64,000 bases of DNA, from positions 256,001-320,000 of the forward strand of contig CAWFGO010000002.1 in NCBI GenBank assembly GCA_963815455.1, written 5' to 3'. A program made the translations under genes and the position numbers. The notes under the pieces were generated by a model, which did no database searches, was not told where the DNA came from, and saw only the letters and a list, made by a program, of their open reading frames with translations. Shown in pieces: positions 20,722-30,763 of this stretch. The first letter of the stretch is position 1, and each line of letters begins with the position of its first letter. The DNA comes from an uncultured Verrucomicrobiae bacterium. Lineage in GTDB: Bacteria > Verrucomicrobiota > Verrucomicrobiia > Chthoniobacterales > UBA10450.

Positions 20722-22398
20722 TCACCCCTTCTTCGATTCCTTCGCCCAGGTATCCCTCAACGTGATCGTGCGATTCCAAACTGGTTTGCCAGGCTTGGAA
20801 TCGGGATCGAGAACGAAATAGCCGAGCCGCTCAAACTGATAACGCTCTTCCGGACGCGCATTCACCAGCGACGGTTCGCATTTCGCGGTCACCACTTCGA
20901 GCGACTTCGGATTGATAAACGATTTGAAATCGCCATCGGCATCGGGCTCGGGAACGGTAAAAAGCCGGTCGTACAATCGAACTTCTGCGTCGATCGCATC
21001 TGTTGCGCTCACCCAATGAATCGTCCCTTTCACCTTACGGTTTGAAGTCGCACCGCCCGATTTGCTCTCAAGATCGACAGTGCACCGAAGCTCGGTCACA
21101 TTGCCAGCCGCGTCTTTGACGACTTCATCGCATTTGATGATGTAGGCATATTTGAGCCGCACTTCGCCGCCGGGTCTTAGCCGAAAATATTTCGGTGGCG
21201 GCGTTTCCATAAAATCGTCGCGATCAATGAAGAGCTGGGCACCAAATGGAATCTTGCGGGTTCCCGCATTCGTATCTTCCGGATTGTTGATTGCATCCAA
21301 CTCTTCCGTTTTGCCTTCGGGATAATTCGTCAGCACAACTTTGATCGGCCGCAACACGGCCAGCCGGCGCGGGGCGGACCGATTGAATTCGTCGCGCAGA
21401 GTGTGCTCAAGCACGGCCACGTCGGTCATGCTCGGATATTTCGTGATGCCGATGTTGTAGGCGAAAGCGCGCAACGCGCTCGCGGTCACACCGCGCCGCC
21501 GCAAACCGGAGATGGTGAGCATCCGCGGATCATCCCAGCCGTTCACGAGTTTTTCGTTCACCAGCTGGATGAGCTTCCGTTTGCTCATCACGGTGTAAGT
21601 GAGATTGAGCCGGGCAAATTCATACTGATGCGGACGCGGCTCGCGCAGCTCAAGCGCATCCAGAATCCAATCGTAAAGCGGGCGGTGGACTTCGAACTCG
21701 AGCGTGCAGACCGAATGCGTGATTCCCTCGATGTAATCGCTCAGGGTGTGGGCCCAATCGTACATCGGATAAATGCACCATTTATTGCCGGTGTGATGAT
21801 GTTCGGCGTGCCGAATCCGATAGAGCACCGGATCGCGCAGCCAGACGTTCGGCGCCGCCATGTCGATCTTGGCTCGCAGCGTGTGGGTGTTGTCCGCAAA
21901 CTCGCCCGCTTTCATCCGGCCAAGCAAATCGACATTTTCTTCGACCGGCCGATTGCGAAACGGACTCTCTTTTCCCATGCGCCGATACTCGTCCGTTTGC
22001 TCCGGCGTCATATCATCGACATACGCTTTTCCTTTTCGCACAAGATCGACAGCGTATTCGTAAAACTTGTCGAAGTAATCCGACGCGTAGAGCGGCGCGC
22101 CGCCAACATTTTTGTCGGCCCAGTCGCCGATCAACCAGCGCACATCGGCCATGATCGATTCGACGTATTCGGTCTCCTCTTTCGTCGGATTGGTGTCATC
22201 CATGCGGATGTTACAAATCCCGCCGAACTCGCGGGCGATCCCGAAATTCAAACAAATCGATTTGGCGTGCCCGATGTGGAGGTAACCGTTCGGCTCCGGC
22301 GGGAATCGGGTGACGATCTTCTTGTACTTACCCGCACGGACATCCTCCGCGACAACGTCGCGGATGAAATCCGAAGGAGTGTCAGTCGAAGTGCTCAT
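20722..22398 (-). CDS. glnS: Glutamine--tRNA ligase
   Basis: TRFPPEPNGYLHIGHAKSICLNFG, MSKRKL, GWDDPRM, QFERLGYF. Confidence 0.96.
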   Translation of the reverse strand: MSTSTDTPSDFIRDVVAEDVRAGKYKKIVTRFPPEPNGYLHIGHAKSICLNFGIAREFGGICNIRMDDTNPTKEETEYVESIMADVRWLIGDWADKNVGGAPLYASDYFDKFYEYAVDLVRKGKAYVDDMTPEQTDEYRRMGKESPFRNRPVEENVDLLGRMKAGEFADNTHTLRAKIDMAAPNVWLRDPVLYRIRHAEHHHTGNKWCIYPMYDWAHTLSDYIEGITHSVCTLEFEVHRPLYDWILDALELREPRPHQYEFARLNLTYTVMSKRKLIQLVNEKLVNGWDDPRMLTISGLRRRGVTASALRAFAYNIGITKYPSMTDVAVLEHTLRDEFNRSAPRRLAVLRPIKVVLTNYPEGKTEELDAINNPEDTNAGTRKIPFGAQLFIDRDDFMETPPPKYFRLRPGGEVRLKYAYIIKCDEVVKDAAGNVTELRCTVDLESKSGGATSNRKVKGTIHWVSATDAIDAEVRLYDRLFTVPEPDADGDFKSFINPKSLEVVTAKCEPSLVNARPEERYQFERLGYFVLDPDSKPGKPVWNRTITLRDTWAKESKKG

Positions 22399-22455
22399 TC
22401 TGATGGCGCGAAACTACAGACGACTCTTGCATCGGCAAGCCAGACTGCGTACCGA

Positions 22456-22539
22456 TGTCATCCTGAGCGAAGTCGAAGGATCCCGTGGCAATACCTCCCG
22501 GTAGCTCCACGGGATCCCTCGACGTTGCTCGGGATGACA
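22456..22539. repeat. GTCATCC palindromic element abutting the aroE start
   Basis: TGTCATCCTGAG...CTCGGGATGACA; last A is the first base of the ATG. Confidence 0.9.
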
Positions 22540-23471
22540 TGAAAAAAAAGCCAACCACCGATCGTTACACGCTGGCCGATCTCGAGAATTGGCCCGAGAT
22601 CGCCGCCGATGTCGATCCACCGATTCGCCTCGGAGTTTTCGGTGACCCTGTGGCCCATTCGTTTTCGCCTCAAATGCAAAACGCGGCCCTGCGTGCCTGC
22701 AAGATCGACATGCAATACGCATGTTTCCATATCCGGCCAAACGAGTTGAGATCGGCCCTGCTCCTCTTGCGAGAAAAAGTCGATTTTATCGGAATCAATT
22801 TGACCGTGCCGCACAAGATCACCGCTTTCGCTCAAATCGATGGAGCGGACGAACGAGCAGGTCGTGTCGAAGCTGTGAACACCATTCGTGTGCGAGACAA
22901 GAAACTGATCGGATCGAATACGGACGGCGAAGGGTTCTTGCGGGCCGTTCGTCAGGAGTTCTCCGTCGACGTGCGCGATTTGCGTGTAATGATTCTGGGC
23001 GCCGGCGGCGGAACCGGTCGCGCTATCGCCTGGCAATGTGCCTTGGAAAATTGCGAACGCCTCGTGCTCGTTAATCGCACACCGGAACATGCAAAGACCT
23101 TGGCCGAGAAGCTGCGAACATTTTTCGCGGGACCGCGCGTGCTCGGCCCCGCGGCGCGGCTCGAGGCTGTGCCATGGATGGAAGCGGCCCTGCGCGCACA
23201 AATGGCGGATGTCGATCTTATCGTGAACGCAACACCAATCGGGATGAACCCGAGCGATCCGGCGTCGATCCCGGCGCGATTGCTCGCACCTCATCACATG
23301 ATCTTTGACGCGGTTTACGGCCCATCAAAAACATCGCTGCTGCGCGCCGCCGATGAGGCCGGCGCTCGCGGCACGAATGGATTGTCGATGTTGTTGCATC
23401 AGGGAGCGCTGGCGTTCGAGTTCTGGTTCGAACGCGAAGCCCCCATCGACGCGATGCGCAAGGCGCTCTAG
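22539..23471 (+). CDS. aroE: Shikimate dehydrogenase
   Basis: GDPVAHSFSP, NLTVPHK, AVNT, NTDGEGF, GAGGG, NATPIGM, GLSMLLHQG. Confidence 0.93.
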   Translation: MKKKPTTDRYTLADLENWPEIAADVDPPIRLGVFGDPVAHSFSPQMQNAALRACKIDMQYACFHIRPNELRSALLLLREKVDFIGINLTVPHKITAFAQIDGADERAGRVEAVNTIRVRDKKLIGSNTDGEGFLRAVRQEFSVDVRDLRVMILGAGGGTGRAIAWQCALENCERLVLVNRTPEHAKTLAEKLRTFFAGPRVLGPAARLEAVPWMEAALRAQMADVDLIVNATPIGMNPSDPASIPARLLAPHHMIFDAVYGPSKTSLLRAADEAGARGTNGLSMLLHQGALAFEFWFEREAPIDAMRKAL

Positions 23472-23556
23472 GGCGTCTGGGTCAAATGCCTGGACCCTGG
23501 CCGGTCAGTTTCCCCGCGCCCGTTTGAGAATACATCGATTCACTCGATATTACGCC

Positions 23557-24540
23557 ATGGTAGCCGCAGGTGTAAATTTCGCGCCGGCCCAAAGTGCCGG
23601 ATCGGGTCGAACTGGCGTCGACCTCGCCGAAGAACTGGTCGAACTCAAGCGGGAGCGGAACGCCGTGATCCTGGCGCACAATTACCAAGTGCCGGAGCTG
23701 CAAGACGTCGCCGATTACGTCGGCGATTCACTGGGCCTGAGTTATCAAGCGGCCAAGACAGACGCCGACGTGATCTTGTTTTGTGGCGTCCATTTCATGG
23801 CCGAGACCGCGAAGATTATTAATCCGACCAAGCGGGTCATTCTTCCCGATCTCGATGCCGGCTGTTCACTTTCGGAATCGTGTCCCCCCGACAAGCTCGC
23901 CGCGTTCTTGAAACAACACGCGGACAAGAATTATTACGTGATCGCCTATATCAATTGCAGCGCCGGAGTGAAAGCGCAGTCCGACGTGATTTGCACCAGC
24001 AGCAATGCCGACAAAATCGTGCGGTCGGCGCCGGCCGATCGGAATATTCTGTTTGTGCCAGATCAAAACCTCGGCGCGTGGGTGATGGAACGGACCGGTC
24101 GAAAGATGGATCTGTGGCAGGGCACCTGTTATGTGCATGTCGAGTTCACCGCGCGCAGCATTAATCGGATTCGCGAACAATATCCGGACGCTCCGGTCGT
24201 AGCGCACCCGGAATGCACCTACGCCGTGCGAATGCTGGCCGATGAAGTTTGCTCGACCGAAAAAATGATCGCGTTTTGCAAACAAACTCCCGCGCGCGAG
24301 ATCATTATTGTGACCGAAGCCGGAATGTTGCATCGGCTAAAAAAAGAAATCCCGGCAAAGACATTCATACCCGGCCCGACAGAGAATTGTTTCTGCGGCG
24401 AATGCCGCTTCATGAAAATGAACACTCTGGAGAAAGCGCACGCGGCGCTGTTGAACATGGAGCCGGAGATTATTTTGCCCGAACCGCTGCGCCAGCGCGC
24501 CGAGGCGCCGATTCTGCGGATGCTCGAGCTAAGTCGCTAA
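23557..24540 (+). CDS. nadA: Quinolinate synthase
   Basis: ILAHNYQ, GDSL, FCGVHFMAETAK, AGCSL, AHPEC, C.FMKMNT. Confidence 0.96.
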   Translation: MVAAGVNFAPAQSAGSGRTGVDLAEELVELKRERNAVILAHNYQVPELQDVADYVGDSLGLSYQAAKTDADVILFCGVHFMAETAKIINPTKRVILPDLDAGCSLSESCPPDKLAAFLKQHADKNYYVIAYINCSAGVKAQSDVICTSSNADKIVRSAPADRNILFVPDQNLGAWVMERTGRKMDLWQGTCYVHVEFTARSINRIREQYPDAPVVAHPECTYAVRMLADEVCSTEKMIAFCKQTPAREIIIVTEAGMLHRLKKEIPAKTFIPGPTENCFCGECRFMKMNTLEKAHAALLNMEPEIILPEPLRQRAEAPILRMLELSR

Positions 24541-24609
24541 GCGACTTCCTGCGGTTTCGGACAAAGTCGTGAGTTGCCGAGGTCGACGCCCTCGGCTACA
24601 ACGCTCTCA

Positions 24610-25860
24610 ATGCGACGACAGACGATCCTTCTGATGCTGGTGATTTTATTGCTCGGGATCGTCTTTTCCCGCGAACCCCGGCTCCAGCGCACCGAGGAAA
24701 TTTTTCTTCGCTGGCTCATCAAGAATTCGGCTGTTCGCAACCAACCCGTTCCGCTAACGATTGTCGAACTCGGCGGTCCGCCAGTCGCGCAACAGGAAAA
24801 TAAACCGCTTGATGCCACGGAAAGATTCCTGCGTGGTTCCAGCGGCGCCAATTCGCCACTCGAGTACGCGCTGCTTGTCCAGGCCCTGCTCGAATTCAAA
24901 CCGATAATTGTTGCGTTGGAACCCGTCTTGCAGTGGCCCGAGAGCTCGAAGGAGGCGCAACAAATTCTGCTCGATCAGGCGATGCGCGTGCCGAAAGTGC
25001 TGCTCGCAACCGAGCTGACGTCCACGCCCGATCCCGATGCCCCCGTAGCCGAAATCTCCGGTTTCCCGCAAGTAACGGGCAAGCGCGGCGATTTGATTGC
25101 ATTTTCGGGAATCGCGCGCCAGCCCGATGAAGACATGCGCCTGATCTCAACGCCAGGCTTTGTCAACCTGCCAAGGGAAATTGCGAGCGATCTTCACGCG
25201 CCGTTGCTCTTCCAGTTTCGCGGTGAAGTGATTCCCTCGTTTGCGCTTCAAGCGGCAATGCTTTGGCTGCGCATTACGCCTGGCGAAATGAAGATCGACA
25301 TCGGCAAATCCATTTTGCTTCCGGACGGAAGGAAAATTCCAATTCGCTCGGACGGCACAGCCCTGATCAATCCGAATACCGCGAAAGGCGTCCGCCACAT
25401 CGGCCTGAACGCTTTGCTCCTCGCCGCGCAGCAGCATGAAAACAAAACGCCCGGGATGATGCCGCTCGACGATATTCACGATCAAATCGTGCTTGTACGC
25501 ACGTCGACGAGCCCGTTTGAATCCCCGGATGTTGTGGCGGCAACAATCGCTTCGATCCAGACAAACTCGTTCGTTCGACGAATAAGTTGGGTGTTCGATT
25601 GCGCCGTGCTCGTGATCGTAGTGGCAATAAGCGGCCCGCTCCAAAGATTCTCCCGAATCGATCTGCTCTTGGGAGCAATCGCGTTCTCGGCCGCTTACGC
25701 AATGCTTGCGCTCACCTTGTTTTCGCGCTGGAACATTTGGCTCCCCGGATTTCTTCCTCTCGGTGCAGTTTGGTCCGTCGTGGTATTTTCGTTGCTCATG
25801 CAAAAGCCAAAAAACTCCGCGCGCACTGTGGCCGTTGCCTCCCCGCCGCCGGTGCCCTGA
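24610..25860 (+). CDS. CHASE2-like periplasmic sensor membrane protein without cytoplasmic output domain
   Basis: N-terminal TM; GFVNLP, PLLFQFRGEVIPSFALQA; three C-terminal TM helices followed by a short tail. Confidence 0.55.
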   Translation: MRRQTILLMLVILLLGIVFSREPRLQRTEEIFLRWLIKNSAVRNQPVPLTIVELGGPPVAQQENKPLDATERFLRGSSGANSPLEYALLVQALLEFKPIIVALEPVLQWPESSKEAQQILLDQAMRVPKVLLATELTSTPDPDAPVAEISGFPQVTGKRGDLIAFSGIARQPDEDMRLISTPGFVNLPREIASDLHAPLLFQFRGEVIPSFALQAAMLWLRITPGEMKIDIGKSILLPDGRKIPIRSDGTALINPNTAKGVRHIGLNALLLAAQQHENKTPGMMPLDDIHDQIVLVRTSTSPFESPDVVAATIASIQTNSFVRRISWVFDCAVLVIVVAISGPLQRFSRIDLLLGAIAFSAAYAMLALTLFSRWNIWLPGFLPLGAVWSVVVFSLLMQKPKNSARTVAVASPPPVP

Positions 25861-25880
25861 GCCTCCAAGCTCGTCCCGCA

Positions 25881-26918
25881 ATGTCTCAGGAATCAACCGA
25901 AGCACGCATCAATCGACTCCACACGCATGGCCTTGTCGATCTTCACTTCGACCTGCCGATGGACTTGTATGAGAAGCGCAACCGGTCGGACACGCTTGTC
26001 TCGCATTATCTGCCCGAGCTTGAAGCCGGAAATATCGGAGTCATCGGCGCGGCAGTTTACGTCGAGGACCGTTACTTGCCGGAAATGGCTCTGCGGGTCG
26101 GCGTTAATCAGATTGCCCGGCTCTATGCGGAGGTTGAAACCACTGAACGCTTCATTGTTTGCAAGACCTACGACCAAGTCGTGCAGGCGCAGGCCGGGAA
26201 AAAGATCGCGCTGCTCATCACGATGGAAGGCGTCGAACCATTAGGCGACGACTTGAATTTGCTCCGTGTATTTTATGAGCTCGGGGTCCGAGCGATCGGA
26301 CTTACCCATGCCCGGCGCAATGCCGCCGGCAGCGGCGGCATTTTCAAGCCGAGCGGCTCGCCGCGCGATGGCCTCACCGCGTTCGGTCGAGACCTTGTCC
26401 GTGAATGCGAGCGACTCGGGATCGTCGTGGACGCGGCCCACATCAATCCCCGGGGGTTCGATGACATTGTCGATCTTACAACGAAGCCGTTCATTGTGTC
26501 GCACACCAACGCGCGAAAATTTTACGATATCGAACGCAACATCAGCGATGAGCAGATCAAAGCGATCGGTCAACGCGGAGGCGTGATCGGCGTCAACGCG
26601 ATTCTGGTGAGCCCGAACAAGGAAAAGAGCACGCTCGATCATTACGTCGATCATATCGAACATATTGCCAGTCTCATCGGGATCGATGGAGTGGCCATTG
26701 GCTTCGATTTTTGCGAATTCCTTTTCAGTCAGTTGCCCAAGGAGGCCGTCCAGGAACTGGCAGCCAAATTAACCACGCCGCATTTCATTCCGGATCTCAC
26801 CACTCATGCGCACGCAAGAAATCTGACCCGCAAATTGATCGAGCGCGGATTCAGCGACGAGCAGATCGAGAAAATCCTTTTCCGAAACTGGATGCGAATT
26901 CTCAATGAGCTGCTGTGA
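25881..26918 (+). CDS. Membrane dipeptidase (peptidase M19)
   Basis: VDLHFD, TMEG, GLTH, SHTN, RNISDEQI, IGFDF, NWMR. Confidence 0.9.
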   Translation: MSQESTEARINRLHTHGLVDLHFDLPMDLYEKRNRSDTLVSHYLPELEAGNIGVIGAAVYVEDRYLPEMALRVGVNQIARLYAEVETTERFIVCKTYDQVVQAQAGKKIALLITMEGVEPLGDDLNLLRVFYELGVRAIGLTHARRNAAGSGGIFKPSGSPRDGLTAFGRDLVRECERLGIVVDAAHINPRGFDDIVDLTTKPFIVSHTNARKFYDIERNISDEQIKAIGQRGGVIGVNAILVSPNKEKSTLDHYVDHIEHIASLIGIDGVAIGFDFCEFLFSQLPKEAVQELAAKLTTPHFIPDLTTHAHARNLTRKLIERGFSDEQIEKILFRNWMRILNELL

Positions 26919-26947
26919 GCGGCGCAGGCGTTCGCATCGATGAGGTT

Positions 26948-27047
26948 TGTCATCCTGAGCCGCGCAGACGGCGAAGGATCTCTTGTTATTTTTGGGGGTT
27001 CCGAGCTAAGAAACAGTCAGAGATCCTTCGCTACGCTCAGGATGACA
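26948..27047. repeat. GTCATCC palindromic element upstream of recO
   Basis: TGTCATCCTGAG...CTCAGGATGACA. Confidence 0.9.
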
Positions 27048-27061
27048 GGATAGAATTAAGT

Positions 27062-27625
27062 GTGGAAACGACCGCCGCGATTCTCTTGCGAAAACGGAAA
27101 TTCAGCGACACGAGCCTGATCGTGTCGTGGTGCACAGAGTCGCTCGGTTGCATTCAAACCATGGCTAAAGGTGCGCGCCGGGCCAAGAGCCCGTTTTCCG
27201 GCAAGCTGGATTTGTTTTTCGAAACGGAAATTCAGATCGCCCGCAGTCGCAAATCAACACTGCACACCCTTACCGAAGTCGTAATGAAAAATCCATTCCC
27301 GGGAATTCGGACGAGCTACTTGCGAACGCAGGCAGCCGCGTACTTCGTCGAGCTGATCGAGCTTTGCACCGAGCGCGATCATCATGAACCGGAATTGTTC
27401 TCTCTTCTGCGACGAGCGTTCGGCTATCTCGATTCGAACGATCCAAACCTGCGCGCGGTTTCCCACTTTGAGACCGAGCTGGCTCGCATTGCCGGCGTCC
27501 ACGATGCAAAGAAGCTCAAAGCCAATCCGGCCTTTGCGCTGGGCAATTTGTTTGGAAAATTGCCATTGTCGCGCGCGCCTCTTTTAAAGAGATTGGGACA
27601 AGGCGGGACACAATCCGGCAAATGA
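27062..27625 (+). CDS. recO: DNA repair protein RecO (short form)
   Basis: AILLRKRKFSDTSLIV, AKGARRAKSPFSGKLDLF, FETEL. Confidence 0.88.
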   Translation: METTAAILLRKRKFSDTSLIVSWCTESLGCIQTMAKGARRAKSPFSGKLDLFFETEIQIARSRKSTLHTLTEVVMKNPFPGIRTSYLRTQAAAYFVELIELCTERDHHEPELFSLLRRAFGYLDSNDPNLRAVSHFETELARIAGVHDAKKLKANPAFALGNLFGKLPLSRAPLLKRLGQGGTQSGK

Positions 27626-28224
27626 AATCAAAACTGCGATTCCTTCGATTTGGCGCCCTTCTTTGGCTCTCCGCGACTTTCGTCTACGACGCGGCGGCGA
27701 AGGACATCTACAATTTCAATCAAGATCATTCCACGATTAGTTTCCGCGTTCGCCAGTTCCTCGGCGGGACCAATGGTAAATTCAAGCAGTTCTCCGGCAA
27801 GATCGATCTCGATCGCGAACATCCGGAACAATCGTCGGTAACGGCCGCCATTGCCGTCCACAGCATCGATACTCGCAACAAGAAGCGCGACGATCATTTG
27901 CGCAGCGAAGAATTTTTTAACGCCGCGAAATATCCGGAGATCATTTTTGGGAGCCGCAGCGCCAGACAAGGCGGGCCGCAAAGCGGGGACATCTTTGGGG
28001 ACCTGACTATGCACGGAGTGACCAAACCGGTGACGCTCCACGTCAAGCTGCTCACTCCGTTAAAAGAAGGGCCGGCCCTTCAACAAACTCGATGGGAGAT
28101 CACGGCCGAGCCGATCAGGAGACGCGATTTTGGCCTCGTGTTTACCAAGACCGCGGAGGCGGTTTCGGGCATCAGCAACGAGGTCGCGATCAAGATGGAG
28201 ATCGAAGCGACACTCGCGCAGTGA
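27622..28224 (+). CDS. YceI family protein
   Basis: Signal peptide; HSTISF, SIDT, RDDHLRSEEFF, GDLTMHGVTKPV, RRDFGL. Confidence 0.92.
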   Translation: MKSKLRFLRFGALLWLSATFVYDAAAKDIYNFNQDHSTISFRVRQFLGGTNGKFKQFSGKIDLDREHPEQSSVTAAIAVHSIDTRNKKRDDHLRSEEFFNAAKYPEIIFGSRSARQGGPQSGDIFGDLTMHGVTKPVTLHVKLLTPLKEGPALQQTRWEITAEPIRRRDFGLVFTKTAEAVSGISNEVAIKMEIEATLAQ

Positions 28225-28239
28225 TTGAATCACGCGTCG

Positions 28240-28953
28240 ATGCAAATTACCCCTCTCGGAGATTCAGCGCTGATCGTCCGGGTGCGCGAGCAGTTTCAGG
28301 ACGCGCCGGAAGAAACGTTAACCGAAGTGTTGCACGCACTTCGCCGGATTCGAGAGGCGAATATTCCTGGCGTGATCGAGCTTGCGCCTGCCTACACGAC
28401 CGTCGGCGTTTTCTTCGATCCGGTCCGGGTCGTGCGGGCGGGCGCGCAACCCGATGAAATTCATGGTTGGTTGGCCAAACGCATTGCAGCCGCGGGCGCC
28501 GACCGCGGCCGGGCGCGGACAAAAACGGACAACTTCCGGGAAATACCAGTTTGTTACGATCAGGAATTCGCGTTGGATCTGGATCACGTTGCCAGACACG
28601 CGCAGATGTCTCCCGAAGAAGTTGTCGATCTTCACAGCGGCGGCGAGTATCGCGTCACCTGCGTTGGATTCACTCCCGGCTTTCCTTTTCTGGCCGGGCT
28701 CCCGAAAAAGCTGGCCACTCCGCGTCGCCCTACGCCGAGAAAAGATATTCCCGCCGGGGCGGTCGGAATCGGTGGCGCGCAAACCGGAATTTATCCGTTG
28801 CGCTCGCCTGGCGGCTGGAACCTGGTCGGTCGCACGCCGTTGCGGTTATTCGATCCGGCTAATGATCCTCCCGTGCTCCTACGGCCAGGTGATCGCGTGC
28901 GTTTCCGCAAAATCACTCGGAAAGAGTTCGATGCTATTGAATCCGTGCGATAG
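28240..28953 (+). CDS. pxpB: 5-oxoprolinase subunit B
   Basis: PLGDSAL, PAYTT, IPVCY, GFTPGFPFL, QTGIYP..SPGGW. Confidence 0.92.
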   Translation: MQITPLGDSALIVRVREQFQDAPEETLTEVLHALRRIREANIPGVIELAPAYTTVGVFFDPVRVVRAGAQPDEIHGWLAKRIAAAGADRGRARTKTDNFREIPVCYDQEFALDLDHVARHAQMSPEEVVDLHSGGEYRVTCVGFTPGFPFLAGLPKKLATPRRPTPRKDIPAGAVGIGGAQTGIYPLRSPGGWNLVGRTPLRLFDPANDPPVLLRPGDRVRFRKITRKEFDAIESVR

Positions 28954-28961
28954 CGCTCGAA

Positions 28962-29047
28962 GGTGGATCGCGATCTCCGAGCGCGATGTTAAACAATTGC
29001 GCCTTCGGCGCCGACTTTAGCATCGTGCCCGGAGGTCACGATCCACC
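28962..29047. repeat. GGTGGA...TCCACC palindromic element inside the pxp operon (empty-site homologue of 12683-12800)
   Basis: GGTGGATCG...CGATCCACC ends; aligns to 12683-12800. Confidence 0.85.
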
Positions 29048-29048
29048 C

Positions 29049-30017
29049 ATGAGCCTGATCATTACCCGCGCGGGATTTCTTACATCGGTTCAAGATTTGG
29101 GTCGAACTGGCCGCCGCGAATTGGGTGTCTCACTGAGCGGTGCGCTCGATCAACATGCCCTGCGCGTTGCAAATCTGCTGGTGGGCAACGTGGACTCGGC
29201 GGCCGGATTGGAAATCACCTTCGGCGGCGCGCATCTGCGATTCGAAGACGAACGAACCGTTGCCTGGTCCGGTGGGGAATTCGATGTTCGCATTGGATCG
29301 ACATCGTTACCGGCCGGTCACGTTGCCCGCATTGACCCGGCCGAGGAATTGAAATTCGGCCATCCTCGAATCGGATGTCGATGCTGGCTGGCAATTTCCG
29401 GCGGAATTGATGTCCCGATTGTTCTCGGGAGTCGCTCCACCGATTTGCGGGCAAATTTTGGTGGATTGGAAGGACGAGCGCTGCGCGATGGCGATCAATT
29501 GCCATTAGGCACGCCGCCGCGGTCGGCGCCCGCAGCTACAAAGATTTCGGCGTGGAGTGCGGCTTATGATTGGGTTTGCCCGGCGAAACGAGAGCCTGTC
29601 CTGCGCTTTGTTCGCGGCGTTGATTGGTACCGATTTGACGCCTCGACACTTCACTGCTTCACCACGGATGCATTCGTCGTTTCATCCGATTCCGACCGGA
29701 TGGGCGCGCGTTTCGACGGCCCGGAACTAAAACGAACCGACGATGTCGATCTTATTTCCGAAGCGGTCGCGCCTGGAACAATCCAGGTGCCGGCGAACGG
29801 GAAGCCAATTCTGCTTCTCGGCGATTGCCAAACGATTGGCGGTTATCCCAAGATCGGGCACGTGATCACTGTCGATCTTGGAATCGCCGCTCAGCTTCGG
29901 ACCGGCGATCCCGTGCGCTTTGCCGAGGTATCGCTGGCCGATGCGCACCGGCTTTTGTTAGAACGCGAACGCGAGCTGGAACTTTTCCGGGTTGGGCTCA
30001 GCCTCCACGACGCATGA
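29049..30017 (+). CDS. pxpC: 5-oxoprolinase subunit C
   Basis: SVQDLGR, GALD, ANLLVGN, GSRST, SDRMG, QTIGGYPKI. Confidence 0.92.
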   Translation: MSLIITRAGFLTSVQDLGRTGRRELGVSLSGALDQHALRVANLLVGNVDSAAGLEITFGGAHLRFEDERTVAWSGGEFDVRIGSTSLPAGHVARIDPAEELKFGHPRIGCRCWLAISGGIDVPIVLGSRSTDLRANFGGLEGRALRDGDQLPLGTPPRSAPAATKISAWSAAYDWVCPAKREPVLRFVRGVDWYRFDASTLHCFTTDAFVVSSDSDRMGARFDGPELKRTDDVDLISEAVAPGTIQVPANGKPILLLGDCQTIGGYPKIGHVITVDLGIAAQLRTGDPVRFAEVSLADAHRLLLERERELELFRVGLSLHDA

Positions 30018-30763
30018 AGCTTCATGTCGATCTTAACGCCGATCTCGGCGAAGGCTCGGGACATGACGCCGAGCTTTTCGAATTGATCAGTTCGGCCAAC
30101 ATCGCGACCGGGTTTCATGCCGGCGATGCCGATACCATTCACGCCGCAATTTCTGGCGCGAAGAAATGCGGCGTCGCAGTCGGCGCACACCCGAGCTTAT
30201 TCGATCGAGAAAATTTTGGTCGCAAAGAATCGAAAGTTAGCGCCGAGGAAATTTTCGACGCGGTGGCTTATCAAATCGGCATTTTTCAGGCCATCGCTAC
30301 GGCCGTCGCGGTCGAGCCGAACCATGTCAAACCGCACGGCGCGCTCTACAACATGGCCGTGCGCGATGAGAAACTGGCCGATGCGATTGCCCGGGCCACA
30401 AAATCTGTCGATTCCAAACTGATTCTGTTTGCGCCCGATAATACGGCGCTGGCCCGGGCCGGCGAAAAACACGAACTGCAAATCGCTCATGAAGTTTTTG
30501 CCGATCGAAATTACCTGGCCGATGGCACGCTGGTGCCGCGGTCACGGCCGGACGCGTTGCTGCACGATGCGCAGGAGGCCGCGCCTCGGGTGTTACGAAT
30601 GCTTCGGGAAGGCAAAGTGCGCAGCGTGGATGGGACCGATGTCGATGTTCGGGCCGAGACAATCTGCGTGCATGGCGACAATCCAAGTGCCGTTGAATTC
30701 GCTCGCGCGCTGAGGTCACAGTTAGAAGCGGAAGGCGTGGAAATTCGGGCGCCAAGAAAATGA
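30014..30763 (+). CDS. pxpA: 5-oxoprolinase subunit A (LamB/YcsF)
   Basis: DLNADLGEG, SANIATGFHAGD, HVKPHGALYN, EVFADRNY, CVHGD. Confidence 0.94.
   Translation: MKLHVDLNADLGEGSGHDAELFELISSANIATGFHAGDADTIHAAISGAKKCGVAVGAHPSLFDRENFGRKESKVSAEEIFDAVAYQIGIFQAIATAVAVEPNHVKPHGALYNMAVRDEKLADAIARATKSVDSKLILFAPDNTALARAGEKHELQIAHEVFADRNYLADGTLVPRSRPDALLHDAQEAAPRVLRMLREGKVRSVDGTDVDVRAETICVHGDNPSAVEFARALRSQLEAEGVEIRAPRK

Noticed and set aside
26915..27061. N-terminal extensions of RecO, AroE, TilS and the aldo/keto reductase in the ORF track
   Set aside because: They are translations of upstream repeat elements; family homology begins at the downstream start codons.
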